DNA from: Paragordius varius
Taxonomy: Eukaryota; Animalia; Nematomorpha
Assembly: GCA_964247055.1 (NCBI GenBank)
Contig: OZ176052.1
Coordinates: forward strand, 5,394,001 to 5,458,000
DNA: 64,000 nt
Direction of reading: 5' to 3'
The position numbers and the translations under genes were made by a program. A model generated the notes under the pieces. It saw only the letters and a list, made by a program, of their open reading frames with translations, searched no databases and was not told the origin of the DNA. Below are positions 24,347 to 36,639 of this stretch, one piece after another (position 1 is the first letter of the stretch; each line of letters opens with the position of its first letter).

Positions 24347-25948
24347 TATATAATACAATATGAGTAAGTATACATTGCTAGTTTTTCTTATTCCAAATAG
24401 CACATGTAGCAAAGAGAATTATTATTGGGTAATAATAGTTAAAAGTGAAAAAAATAATTATATGCCAATAATACGTCCTTTGATATATACGCTATTTGGC
24501 ATAATTAATGAAACACTAGTAATGTATACTTTTACTCATACTGTGAACTGAAAAATATTTACAAGCTAAACAATACCAGTATAGTGTTTTTTTATTTAAA
24601 AGAATGTTTACATATACAGTAAAAATCGATATACAGACAAAATATAAAAAATTAGTTTTATTTTTTTATAGTAATAAAATGGTCCCAAATAAAGTTTCGT
24701 TTGGCCAAAAAGAGAAAAGGGACCACACACACAAAAGGTAAAGTCAGAAAAAATTATTTGTTTTGACATAATGTTAAATTTTGAATCCTATTAATTTTTG
24801 TTTAAATTAATAGGTGTTTGTGTGAAATATATAGAACTCCTTTTTTCAATAGAAAATTTAAATGAGTATATGTGATATATCAAAATACCAATAGCCTCTA
24901 ATAGCGACAAATGTTTAGAGAGTATATCTGGTATAAGCCAACTGTAACCACATGTAGCATTTTTTATACTGTTAAATTTTTATTGGATATTTTACCGTTA
25001 TAAAGCAATTAACATCCTTCAGGAGTGACCGAGAACTTTAATAAATTAATGGAACAATAACCTATGCTCAATTAAATGATGCGATTTTTAATCCCTTTTT
25101 GTTTTATTATTTACACTCACATCCATGATCAATAACTTAGAGGAATATTGATAATTTTTATAATAGAAATAAGTTAAATGTAATTTTTTGTATGGAAAAA
25201 ATAACTTTTTTTTTATAGTTTTGCGACAGTTTGTGCTTATAACCTGGCTAATGTGTAACGGGAATTCATTAAAACACTGCACAATTATTTGTAGTCAATT
25301 ACATACCAGTATACTAGCAAAAATTAAGAACTCATTTTTAATAATTTGGTATTTTCAGAACTATTGCCCTAGAAATATAATGTTTCTAGAATATCACTTT
25401 GTCAACCTATATAATATAGGAAGAGTTGACAAATAAAATTGTGAGTTGGAATGATTAAATAAAAAGTTGTTTTTTTGACCATTTGACTCATGAGATCTAT
25501 AGCATTTGATAATGATAAATTTTTCTATAATGTTTAGTGGTCCAAATTTTAGGTATTAATACACAAATCATATTATCCCTAATTTAATCGGCCCGCAAAA
25601 ATCTCGAATTATAAGAGAAAAATCGATTCTTCCTTTTTCTTAAGACAATCTAATATTTAAAAATATATTGATGTAAAGACAAATTTTTTATAAACAAATC
25701 TTTTGATTAACACATAAAAATGATAGAAAAATTGTACATTTTAAATTCCGATCAACGCTGACGCAAAAAAGACGGTTTTATTGAATAATTTTTGTTGTGT
25801 TTAATTATATTTTTGTTATATTTAACGTAATGGTCTAAAAAATTTATAAATAAAAATTATTGAATAAATCATTATTCCGCATTTAGAGAATTATCTAACT
25901 CTTAATATGACGTGATAACACCGTAAAACTAATTTCATTATTATTATC

Positions 25949-26214
25949 CAGGGGTGTCTAACACAAATGGCTTCGTGGGCCGCATTTTTGACTTAAAATA
26001 TTCGACGGGCCTTTTGAAATATATATATGGGCATATATAGATAATTTATTAGATTTTAAACACAAGAATGTAAAATACAAACACAATATACAATTTTTTC
26101 TAATTCTTGCAAATTGGATAGACTTTTTTTGTAAAATTGTTCAAGAAAGATTTTGTGAGTATATTGTAATAATTTATGCACGTAAATTAGGTGGCCGCAT
26201 GTTACACACCCCTG
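25949..26214. mobile_element. hAT-type MITE
   Basis: TIRs CAGGGGTGTCTAACA / TGTTACACACCCCTG, subterminal GGGCCGCA motifs, and an 8-bp TSD matching at 7 of 8 positions (TTATTATC / TTTTTATC). Confidence 0.85.
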
Positions 26215-26514
26215 TTTTTATCAGCACAGATAGTTGAACGGTATACGGTAGTAACGTTGAAGCTATTTTAGGGATTTCCCGTCTAGCACACAATATTCGT
26301 AAAATAAAATCGACTAGATTCACTGACAATCAAAAGTTAATAACAGTACAATTAAAAAAAACCGAAATTAAAGATTAATATTTTTGATAAATATGATATT
26401 TTTTAATCCTTATTTTTTTTCCAATAACCTTAATTACGATTGAAAATAAAATAAGGAACAGATATATAATTCAAGGTTTAAAAATTATGGTCGCCTTATA
26501 AATAAAGATTATGA

Positions 26515-27470
26515 CTTCGTTGGGCTATTTACATTCTTTAGTTTTAAAGGTGGTCTGCATGGCTTTTCTCTAAAGGGTGCGATTGAGGTCATAATTGAAG
26601 TATTGAAGGAAATTAAATCTTATTTGATAAATTGTGGCCCAGTCTTCATAAAGTCGACCCCTACAGTTCTTTGTGGTTGCCCAAACGTATTAATAATGTC
26701 TTGTAGATAATCATCCTGGGGTGTCAATGTATATGCCCGCGAAACATAAGCGATTTGTCATTAAAACTTTTTTAATTTTGGGTATATTTAGTATTATGTA
26801 CGGATCAAAAATATTGTTATAATTATAAAGGGTGTGATTGTGTGTGCAAACAGGATTGCTAATATTTTATATTTTTGGTATTAGTGTCATGGGCTAGCAT
26901 TCCGAAGCGCCTATGTCAATACTGGTCTAATGATGGTACAGAAGATAATCCCTTTAGCTTGGAGTGATACGTTTATATTATATATTTTAATGATGTTTGT
27001 GAAATTCTATCTTTAATCGCTTCATTTACTCAACCGTTAGTTAATTGTTATGACCAAGATATTAAATTGTGATACTGTTTTTTACTCAAATTCACTGAGT
27101 AAGGAATGATCAGATGTGTTTACAGGAATAGCCGACCTGCATTTATTAAAACGATTAAATTCTAGAGAAGAACACTTTTGACCCATCTGTATCGTAAGGA
27201 TGGTTAATTTAACATCCAATAAACAGATGCTACAAGGGTATTTTACTTTTTTATATTACCATCATACATTTTGCTTATCTACATTCACTGTGTGATGCCA
27301 CAAGATTTGAATAAATCCTTCCAATTAATCATCTTGATTAGTTCCTGTTTATTGCACTAATGACTACATCATCCACAAAAAGGATCTCCCACGGGGACTA
27401 TCACTGATTTTTTTGGATTTTTCCATTATGAGCATGAAGAGTGATTGATGGGCTTGCATATTAGTCATTT
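26515..27470 (-). mobile_element. 5'-truncated RTE-clade LINE fragment
   Basis: Minus strand gives SLFMLIME, PWEILFVDDVVI (RT catalytic motif), KYPCSIC, KGIIFCTIIRPVLT and RGRLYEDW. The architecture matches the 12340 element, but the sequence is diverged. Confidence 0.8.
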
Positions 27471-27955
27471 GGTTTTTACGTTTTGTCTCTATAATTTCAA
27501 TTTTTACTTAAAAAATATTTATCACTGTGCCAATTGACAGACCTCAATTTTAGACACATCGATTAATTTTAATATAGAAAAACATTTTTTAAGCAGGCAA
27601 AGTAGTTTGAATTAAAATTATCTAATTTGCAAAACGAGTAAATCACGTGTATCAAGTTTTAAATCAATTTATTATTTACACGTATTTAATAAATATATAT
27701 TGCAATAACAATAATTTTATACATTCATACTCGATAATTTAATGCGAACAAAAGCATAAGATAATCATTTTATCATATATTCACAGAAATATAAAGATAG
27801 ACCCACTGCCCAAAGTAATGTAAAAATGGGTTCAATAATTATTACTTATTTTTTTCGTGAATAATATACCAAATTTTAAGGTTTTTGGGGGCAATATATT
27901 AATATTTAGTTTAAAAATGCCAAATTGCATATTAATAGAAATCATTATGAAATTT

Positions 27956-30900
27956 CTACAGATCTCGTTCTGTTATAGTTAATGCAACTTGTGGGTATAA
28001 ATTTAGTTCCTTTAATGTTGAATTGGGATTGAGCGTTGATATCTACAATCAAAAATAAATTATATGCATGCATTTTATAATGGTTGCTTATTTCACACTA
28101 TAGTAGAGCAATATGCAACACAGGAGTGTATGGAAAAAAGAAAGGAAATGATTGTTTATTCAACTTTTTGTTGTTTTTTCCATACACTACTGTGTCGGCC
28201 CAACTATATTGTGAAATAAGCAACCATTAAAATTCATATTGTATATAATGAATCTAAAATATAATTCATTTATTTAAAAAATTCATACATCGCAATTGGG
28301 CCAATATGTCATGAATTTGTAATCGGCTTTATCATACCCAAGGGACGTTATGTAATCCAACAAATTTTGAAGGGTATGCGTTGCTAAAAATCGTCTTTGG
28401 TAAACAACTGCGGCTCCCTTTTCCTTAAAAATACAGCAATTATAATATATAATTTTGTTAACTACAATTTTTAAAATATATACAGTAATATAAATAAAAA
28501 TCAAAAATAAAAGATATATATCATTTAACGTGAAACTATTGATTAGTATCATGACTATGTTCAAAATGAAATTTTAACCATTATATATGAAATATATATA
28601 ACTTCTCAAATAAAATTACTCAATTTTTATATAGAATAATGTATTCAACAAACTTTTTCTCCATCAGGTTTGTTCGATGGTGTTATGTTAGGAGCCCGAA
28701 TTTTTATAACTGATATTGGCTCATTACATGTTTTGGGTGGTTCGATCGGTAGGGTGTCAATAAGTGATTGCCTTATAGCCTAAATAAAAATTATTTAGTA
28801 TTTTTAATAAAAAAAACAATTTTTATCATATACAAAAAACAGAATAAAATCCTTTTTATTCATTTTGGTATCGTGTTATCTTAAGATTATTGTATATAAT
28901 CTCGAAAAAAGTAGTTTGTTCAAGATTAACAAAAAATTTAATTAAATAAAAATACACAAGTGAAGCGAAAATCCAATGTCTAAACACCCAAAAAAAGATA
29001 TCAACCAAATTTTGGTTTCCAACGTCGACATTTTTTTTATTTTATAATTAAAATTAATAATAAACATCACCAAAAATAAAAAAAATAATTCAAATTGTTG
29101 GCCATTAATAAAAAACAAAAGCTTTATAAAGTTATTATTTTATGTATATTATAAAAATAATAAAAAATTAAAAAATCTTATAAAACCTACCGATTTCAAA
29201 GCACCTTTTAGCGAAAAATGAAACTTAGCTTTACACTTTCAAAAATTTTTATTTAGAAACCACCCCCCCTTTAAAATTTAGTTTAAACTAGTTACAAGCA
29301 TCTCTACAAATAGCTGAAACTTGGTTCAGGCAATTATACGTTAGCTGCAAAGTAGCCTTAAGCGTTTACTAACACATCTTCGACAAATTAAATTTCAAAC
29401 CACTTCTAAATTCTCCCTATTGTCACCTCCCTGCGGTGTTGGCTAGGGGATTAAAATGCGCTATTTAAAAAGGCCAGTTTTTTAATGATGTGTAAAATCA
29501 TTAGTTGTACACATGGGCATGTGTTACGTAAAAAATCGCTTCAATTAACCATGAAGTATGTATATCATGAATGATGTGAATTAATTCGTGAGAATAAAAC
29601 TTCGAACCCGAAGTATCCTGATTTTCACATAAATTCCCAATAAATGATAATATAAAAAAATAATGAGTAGAACAACCAACCTACCTCTTTTTCTTTTAGT
29701 TTGTATTCGTTTTCGGCATGCTTGATTTGTTGTTCAAGTTGTTCTTGTTCAAATTCTCTTTCTTTAGCGACTTTTTTGGCTTTATCAGCTTTGAGGGATA
29801 GGCGATAAGCTTCGTCCTGTTCTCTTTTAATGTTTTCACGCATATCCCTTTCCATCTATCAAAACGTAAATGATATTTTGGTTTCAAATACAGTGGTTTG
29901 GGAACATATTATGTGAAGGTGAAAATAGCCAAAATAGGTGATATATTATATTAAAAATATAATATAGATTTTTTTAAAGACTAATATTATATTACGTTTA
30001 CAAAACGTCCGCCCATCAACTAATTAGTTTATATTAATTATCATGCATTTTTTGTTATTTAAGGCTTAGTTTTTCAGCTACAATTGTACAAGGTTGGACA
30101 TATTTACAAACCAAGTAAAACTTTAATATTATTCAATTATGTTTTAAATTATCCAATATTATTGAATAATAAGGAATATCTATCATATAAAAACTTAAAA
30201 TGGTTTGTAAAGCCCTAATGCAGATAAAAGGCTACGTTTTTTTCGCGACAACAGTGGACATTTAAGACTATTAGAATTTAATCGGAAAATTAATAATTTT
30301 AAACCTCTTCCTGTAGGGCTGTTTCTTGGTAATGCTTAAACACATCTTCAGAGTGGATCAACATGGTCATTAAATCTTGAATTGAATTATTCCCTAAAAA
30401 TTTATGAATGTTTAAATTTATATTATTTACATAATTAAATATTTGATTTTGATTTCCAAATATAATTAAAATTATCAAAAACACTTAGTAATGAATAAAA
30501 GTTAAGCAAGAAATTCCTATGAAATGCAAATTTATTAAGGATTTAATGTTGAAAAAGCTATATAAATAAAGTAAAATACCTTTAAATATATTTAACATCT
30601 CATATTGTCCACGACACTTTTGAAAAATAATCAATGTGGGATATTCATTTAATTTTAGGTTCCTTATGGTATTCTCAAATGTTTTACCAAATTTCGAGCT
30701 TGCCATTTGTAAAAACCTATATAGTCAATAAAAAAATAATAAATTAGTCAACTATGTGATAATAATTTGTAAAATGAATCCAAATTTTTTTATCGATATT
30801 TCAGTCAATCATTTATAATTATATTTATAGCGTTATGATTTATATTGAAAAATAGTTTCTCATTAAACATTAATGATAATAAAATCAACTATGCTGTAAC

Positions 30901-33900
30901 AAAAATAATTTGACTAATCAAATTTTTATATTTTCTCAAAAAAATATTTTTTTAATTACAAATCTCGATTGCTTTCATGGGTCATGTCCCAAGGCCAAAC
31001 AATAAAATGGTTATCCAAATAATTGATTAACATTTCTGAGGTAAGGTTGATTGAACAAAAGATGTTGGCTAAAATGCTATTATCATGATGCAAATAGATG
31101 AGCAATAATTTTCTCTAAAACAAAAAAATATAATAAATAATTAAAAATTAAATATCGATATGGTATTTTATTATCAATAATAATATATAGGTCTTTAAAT
31201 GTTATTTAAAATAAATATTAATTAATATCCAACTAAAGATCGTCAAAAATCGTTAATTTAGTGATGTTATTATAAATATTATCGTAATATTTGAAGTGAA
31301 AAAAGGCTAATGTTGTGTACAATTATTTATTTGATAGATGTATAATTTTTTAACGATGTACGACTTCTTATTAAAAACATAATAATATTTATTTTGAATC
31401 GAATCAACAACTATTAAAGGGTAGGTTTTCATTTTTATAGGCAAACACCAAATTTTTAATGTAAATTTCACTATAAAATTATATGGAAAACAAAATATTA
31501 CAAAAAAATAATTTTACGATTAAAACGTTACCTCTAGGATTGGTAAATTACAAGATTGATCTAAGGCAGCTTTTAATGTACCGACAAAAAATTTTGGATG
31601 TATTTTTCCATATCTATTGTAATAAAACATTTAATTAATTAAATCATAAATATTGAAGATTAAAATGCGTTAAGAAGTTTATGGTTTTTATTAATAATTT
31701 ATTTTAAATAGAAAAATTCTGATTCCGGAGCACGTATTTAAAAAACTTCATAAGTATATCAAAAAATTGGTCAAAAAAATAAAACTATTTTATTAATAAA
31801 GGGGCAAATTATAGTCCAATTTCGTTATTAAACAATAAACTACAGTGGCAAGGCTTATTAAACGTTATAACCGGATGTGTAAAAAATATTTTAGCAACTT
31901 CACGGAGTCGGATATATTGCAAATTTAATTTAAATATAAATTTATCTAATTAGCTTAAAATTACAATAATTGTGAATAATTATCAAATTATTATATATAT
32001 TATATATACTTAAATTTAGTGTATTAATAAAAATTTTAAAAATTATATTGTAAAAAATTTCTTTATTCAAATTAAAATTGTATTATTACATATAAACAAA
32101 ACATGAATACATTAGGTGATTTATAAAATATAATCAAATTTGCAAAGAACCGATAGAAATAAGTTTGGTTAATGCTATAGAAATATATTTGCCGCATAGT
32201 CAATAAAATAAAACACGAATTATATAAATATATTCATACCTTTTCTCATATTGCGAGATAAAATGTTCATGTCCTTCTTTAATATCATTTGTATGTGGTA
32301 AAACTAAGAATATTTATAACAATAATAAAACAATTTAACTATGTAAATTTAATCTTTTAAATTCTGTAATAAATTTATCTTTTAAAAAATAAAATAGCAA
32401 ACCCTATGTAGAGATAAAAGCCCATAAAAAACTCTCTTAAAATCAGTTTTAAAAAATATTTTTTCTCCCATATATATATCAAAATTGTAAAAAAAGGGGA
32501 AATGCAAACTTAATGGGGTATGACTAGTTTGTGGCGTGTAACCAAATGTCGAATTATTAAAACTATCGTCGTGCATTGAGGTGTCCTCATACAAACATTC
32601 AATGTCAGAGGTATGATCCTCTTCGCTTGTGGAAGAAATATTAAGTGGTTTTGCTGCATTTTTAGCTTTTGCAATCTCAGGTATACTTGATTTACTTGGG
32701 ATGTTCTTATCTGAATCCGAAATACAGATGATTAATTGGATAAATTAATGAGCTGTCTATCCGAAAAGTATTTTTAATTTTATGACAAAGTGGTGATAAA
32801 ATAAATAATTTTTTAAAGGATTTAAATTAAGTTAGTACGGAGGGATAAGCTATTAATAAAAGTAAAATAGGGATTAGATTTTTTGAATAAAGGTAATTAT
32901 AGCCATATATTCATCATTTAGCCATTTTGCAATAATATAATTTTTTCGAAAAAAAATAAAAACAAATTTTTTTAATTATAATATAAACATGGTTTTGAAT
33001 GATAATGAACGACCAAAATATATAGTATATGATTACTATATGGTAAAAAGTATAAAAACCAAGTTTAAAAATAAATGTTCAATCATACATACCCAAATTT
33101 CGAATATTATTAGAGAAAGCGTTTTTGTTAGTTATATCATTATCCAAAACATTATTTTTGGTTTTATTGTTATGTGTATGTTTGGTATCATTTGAGAATG
33201 ATAATATATCATTGTTATTCCGTTTGGAAGAACAACAAGAAGAAGAAAAAGTTGGAATCGGAGAATTTAATCTCAAAGCAGGCGGTAGAATATCGCTGCT
33301 ATCCAAAAAATCGCCGTCCTCGCCATCATCATCCGAAATTATTACATTTTTGCTTTTAGTAGACACTAATAGAACATAATAAATTGTAAAAAAAATTTAG
33401 TGGAAAAATCTTTTTAAAACAATAATAAAAAGGTCCAATAAAAAAATGAAATGTAAAAAAGAGAAAAATTTTATAAGATGCATAGTCGGAACTGTGAAAC
33501 AATAAAAACTGAAATTACTAACTTTTTAAAAATCGTTATGGAACGAAAAACGGTTTATTTATTTTTTTAATTTTTAACACAGGGTAAAGAGGTTATTTTT
33601 ATTATCCTATTCTATGTATTAAGTGTATTTACGGCTTCAATATTGTTATATATATATGAATCTTAAGATCCATTTAACTATTTATTTATATTGTTTTAAA
33701 TAAGCATGGAAATGACGGGTATATATATATTAAAATAAAACAAAGGTAATTGAACCAATCAATTATTTTGATACTCTTAAAATCAACAACAAAAATTATA
33801 TAAAATTTAACATTTCCATAAATTTCAGTGCATTAAATTTAAATTCATATATAGGCAAAAACATCAGACCCCATTTAAGGTACATAACTAGGGAAAATTA

Positions 33901-35614
33901 TGGATAATAATAATTAACCATGCGTTGATGGTAAAAAGGAAGGAGAATCATCATACAAAAGATCCATCCTACTTCCATTGTCCAGATTTTCAACCTTCGC
34001 AATAATTGATAAAATTATTTAAATTTTATTTAAATTGCCATCTATTCAATTTTAAAATTTAGATATGTGATAAGAAGTATATAAAAGTATGAAAAATTAT
34101 ATCATTTTTGGCTTTTTCATTAAATCAGGTTAATTATTTTGATAAGTTTTTTATACTATTATGAAAATTAGATAAAATATTATGGTGTATTAGATATAAT
34201 TTTATTTTTATTTTACCCAATAAGTTTAATTACTTTTTTCTGGGTAACCTCCAATTCATTAATGTGATCAAAACCGAGCTCCTTTATTTTATTTGATTCC
34301 TAAATAGATTGAAAATGAATTATTTAAAATAAGTTATAGGGTATCAAATTATTTGAAAGATATCGAAAGAAATAAGATTTTAACTTGTATAATAATTACC
34401 CGACAAATTTCATTCTCAAATCCAATCCATGATTGTAGATATGAGGGTATATTTGTTACATTTGATATAAGATCTTTGAGCTATATATATTTTAACCATA
34501 TAATAATTATGATGGAAAATTTTGTCAAAATATTATCAATAAAACTATTTAATTTCTTCATTAAAAGTGGCATATAAACGGAATATCCGTAAAAATGTAC
34601 ACAGGCCCCTGGTTTAATTATTAATTTATTTTATAATAATGAATACAGATTTAATATGATATAAAAGAATTTGTTATCATATATATATATATATATATAT
34701 TGATTGATAAGATTAAGGGCCAAAATATATGTGTAAATAAATATTTTTAACATGTGTTAAAATAAAGTTTTGAGTGGTTAAATTTTCTAATTTAAACAAA
34801 CATTAATTATTAAACAGACGTATAAGGGTTAATTTTTAACAATTCCAATTATCCGCTTAAAAATGTAACTTTTATTAGCCAAGGTTTATATTTCAGATTT
34901 TACGAAAATTTAGTTTTATTTTATAGATCATACCTGTTTAACTGTTAAATCTGACGTTATTTCAATTGTGTGAATCTTGTCAGTCCTTTTGTCAATAATG
35001 TTTAATAATCTATAACACATCAGAAAAATTATAAAACCTTTTAGGATTTGAATTTATTTTCAATTTTAGATAATTATCATCTGGCAAAGATAAGGATGAT
35101 AGAGTTGTCTAAAAGTTAAAAATATTTTTGAACGTAATCATAGATCTTAACATCGTTCGTCCAACCAGAAAGTTCGATTTCATCCATGTTCACTTTAAAT
35201 CTATCACTTATATATTGTTTGAGTTTATCTGAAATATAATAAAAAGTACATTACCAATTTTTTGAGATTCAAGTACTTTTATTAACGAAACTTTTCCATT
35301 GTAATTAATATGAAAATTTATTATGCGGGGTTTATTTATAGAATTACTGTCCAGACTAGGGTGATTCTACAGTAATATATCAATTAATACTTGAAGACTA
35401 GTGTCATCAATTTCAATATCGTCAACTTTGTTAAATGCGTCATTTACAGATTTCTACAATAATTAAAACATGAAATTAACTATAAGATCCCAATCATTCT
35501 TTTCGAGATATCGAATAGCTTCATCGAAATCTTCTATCCCAGTACAAACCTTTGACCATTTATATAAAGACAAACCTGAAAATCTACCAAAATTGCATCT
35601 TTGTCTGAATTCAT
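27956..35614 (-). CDS. FAF1: FAS-associated factor 1 orthologue (UBA, 2 UBL, UAS, coiled coil, UBX), 21 exons, 755 aa
   Basis: Spliced N-terminus MNSDKDAILVDFQVCTGIEDFDEAIRYLEKNDWDLI, plus KPRIINFHINY, YGKIHPKFFVGTL, RKLLLIYLHHD...WPWDMT, RENIKREQDEAYRLSLKAD and RRFLATHTLQ. Exons: 35614-35576, 35549-35481, 35453-35391, 35366-35255, 35228-35134, 35108-35038, 35009-34934, 34480-34400, 34299-34234, 33994-33919, 33365-33093, 32710-32510, 32303-32240, 31613-31532, 31114-30960, 30716-30580, 30393-30305, 29855-29685, 28779-28654, 28423-28289, 28042-27956. The sum is 2268 nt, an exact multiple of 3. Confidence 0.95.
28068..28237. mobile_element. MITE family M1, full copy, in the last FAF1 intron
   Basis: TIRs ATGCATTTTATAATGGTTGCTTATTTCACACTATAGT / ACTATATTGTGAAATAAGCAACCATTAAAATTCAT. 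Confidence 0.8.
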
Positions 35615-35705
35615 CCTCGTAACTTTGGCTTTTAAAACGACTGTTATTATGTTATGATACAATTACCGAATGTTGCTTAAATCGTAAAAGAACTTACATT
35701 TCCCA
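35615..35705. promoter_or_regulatory. Putative compact bidirectional promoter / 5'UTR region
   Basis: 91 nt separate the FAF1 ATG (minus, 35614) from the ATG (plus, 35706) of a small divergent gene. The regulatory role is inferred. Confidence 0.45.
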
Positions 35706-36035
35706 ATGTTGCATACAAGCTATAATAATGTGCTTAAAAAGGTGGATGAGCTCATGTCTACCCGCAGACTGTTTCCAGGAATCGTCGTGACATTGGGATT
35801 TTGGGGATTGTATTGGATTTATAATGGCTACGTAATTTTAATCAATATTTTTACCATATAGTATATCTATAAAGATACGCATCCATACATATATGTGAAA
35901 GAAATGGGACAAGATGGAAAAATGAAAACCAAAAAACTTACTGGTCTCATGTATCAAAAAATGCCACCAGAGGATATAGATTACAGTCAACAGTTTTATT
36001 CATTCGATGCCATTGATCATCGTAATAAACAATGA
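35706..36035 (+). CDS. Uncharacterised 99-aa single-pass membrane protein (2 exons, 30-nt intron)
   Basis: Exon 35706-35831 (MLHTSYNNVLKKVDELMSTRRLFPGIVVTLGFWGLYWIYNGY), GT-AG intron 35832-35861 ending in an in-frame TAG, and exon 35862-36035 (YIYKDTHPYIYVKEMGQDGKMKTKKLTGLMYQKMPPEDIDYSQQFYSFDAIDHRNKQ*). Both exons are GC-enriched against the flanks, and there is one hydrophobic helix. Confidence 0.62.
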
Positions 36036-36639
36036 AATTAGATAAAAATATAATTATAGCTTGAAATCATAATTAAATTAATAATACCTATATTTATATT
36101 TTTTTGGATAAATTGTCAAAATGTTTGGTTTATCAGAGCTGTGACTCAAAATTTTCGTTCTTGCTACCTCTTGTATTTTGTTACTACGCTTCCTAAAGGT
36201 TTTACCCACTTTTAATTACCTATTTTAAATTTATATTAACTAAAGTAAACTTTTATAAAAATAGCTTCATATTATTAACTTAAACAGTTTTGGCTCCGAT
36301 CCCTCCAATTAATTTATTTTACAAATTAAGAGAGCGCATAAAAAATTAATTAATTAGACAAAATTTTAAAAAACTTTTTTTAGTCGAATTGTAAATTTTG
36401 TATGCTAAAATATCAAGTTTTAATTATTAGGTTTTATGTTGAGCATACGCAAAAGGTTGAATATGTATTTTTGGATTTTGTTTACGCTGAAGTTTTATTG
36501 TATTAATATTGGGATTATGATTCAGTAAAACTTGAATGAGATTTGTGAATTTACGATTACTACAAGTAATTTTTGTCGAACGTAAAAAATAAAATTATAT
36601 ATAAAAATTTTTAATGAGATAAAATAAAAAAACATGTGT

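Noticed and set aside
33079-33366. ORF-track start at 33366 as the FAF1 start
   Set aside because: It is a GTG spanning an acceptor (AG|TG). Ten upstream exons encode the conserved FAF1 N-terminus from ATG 35614.
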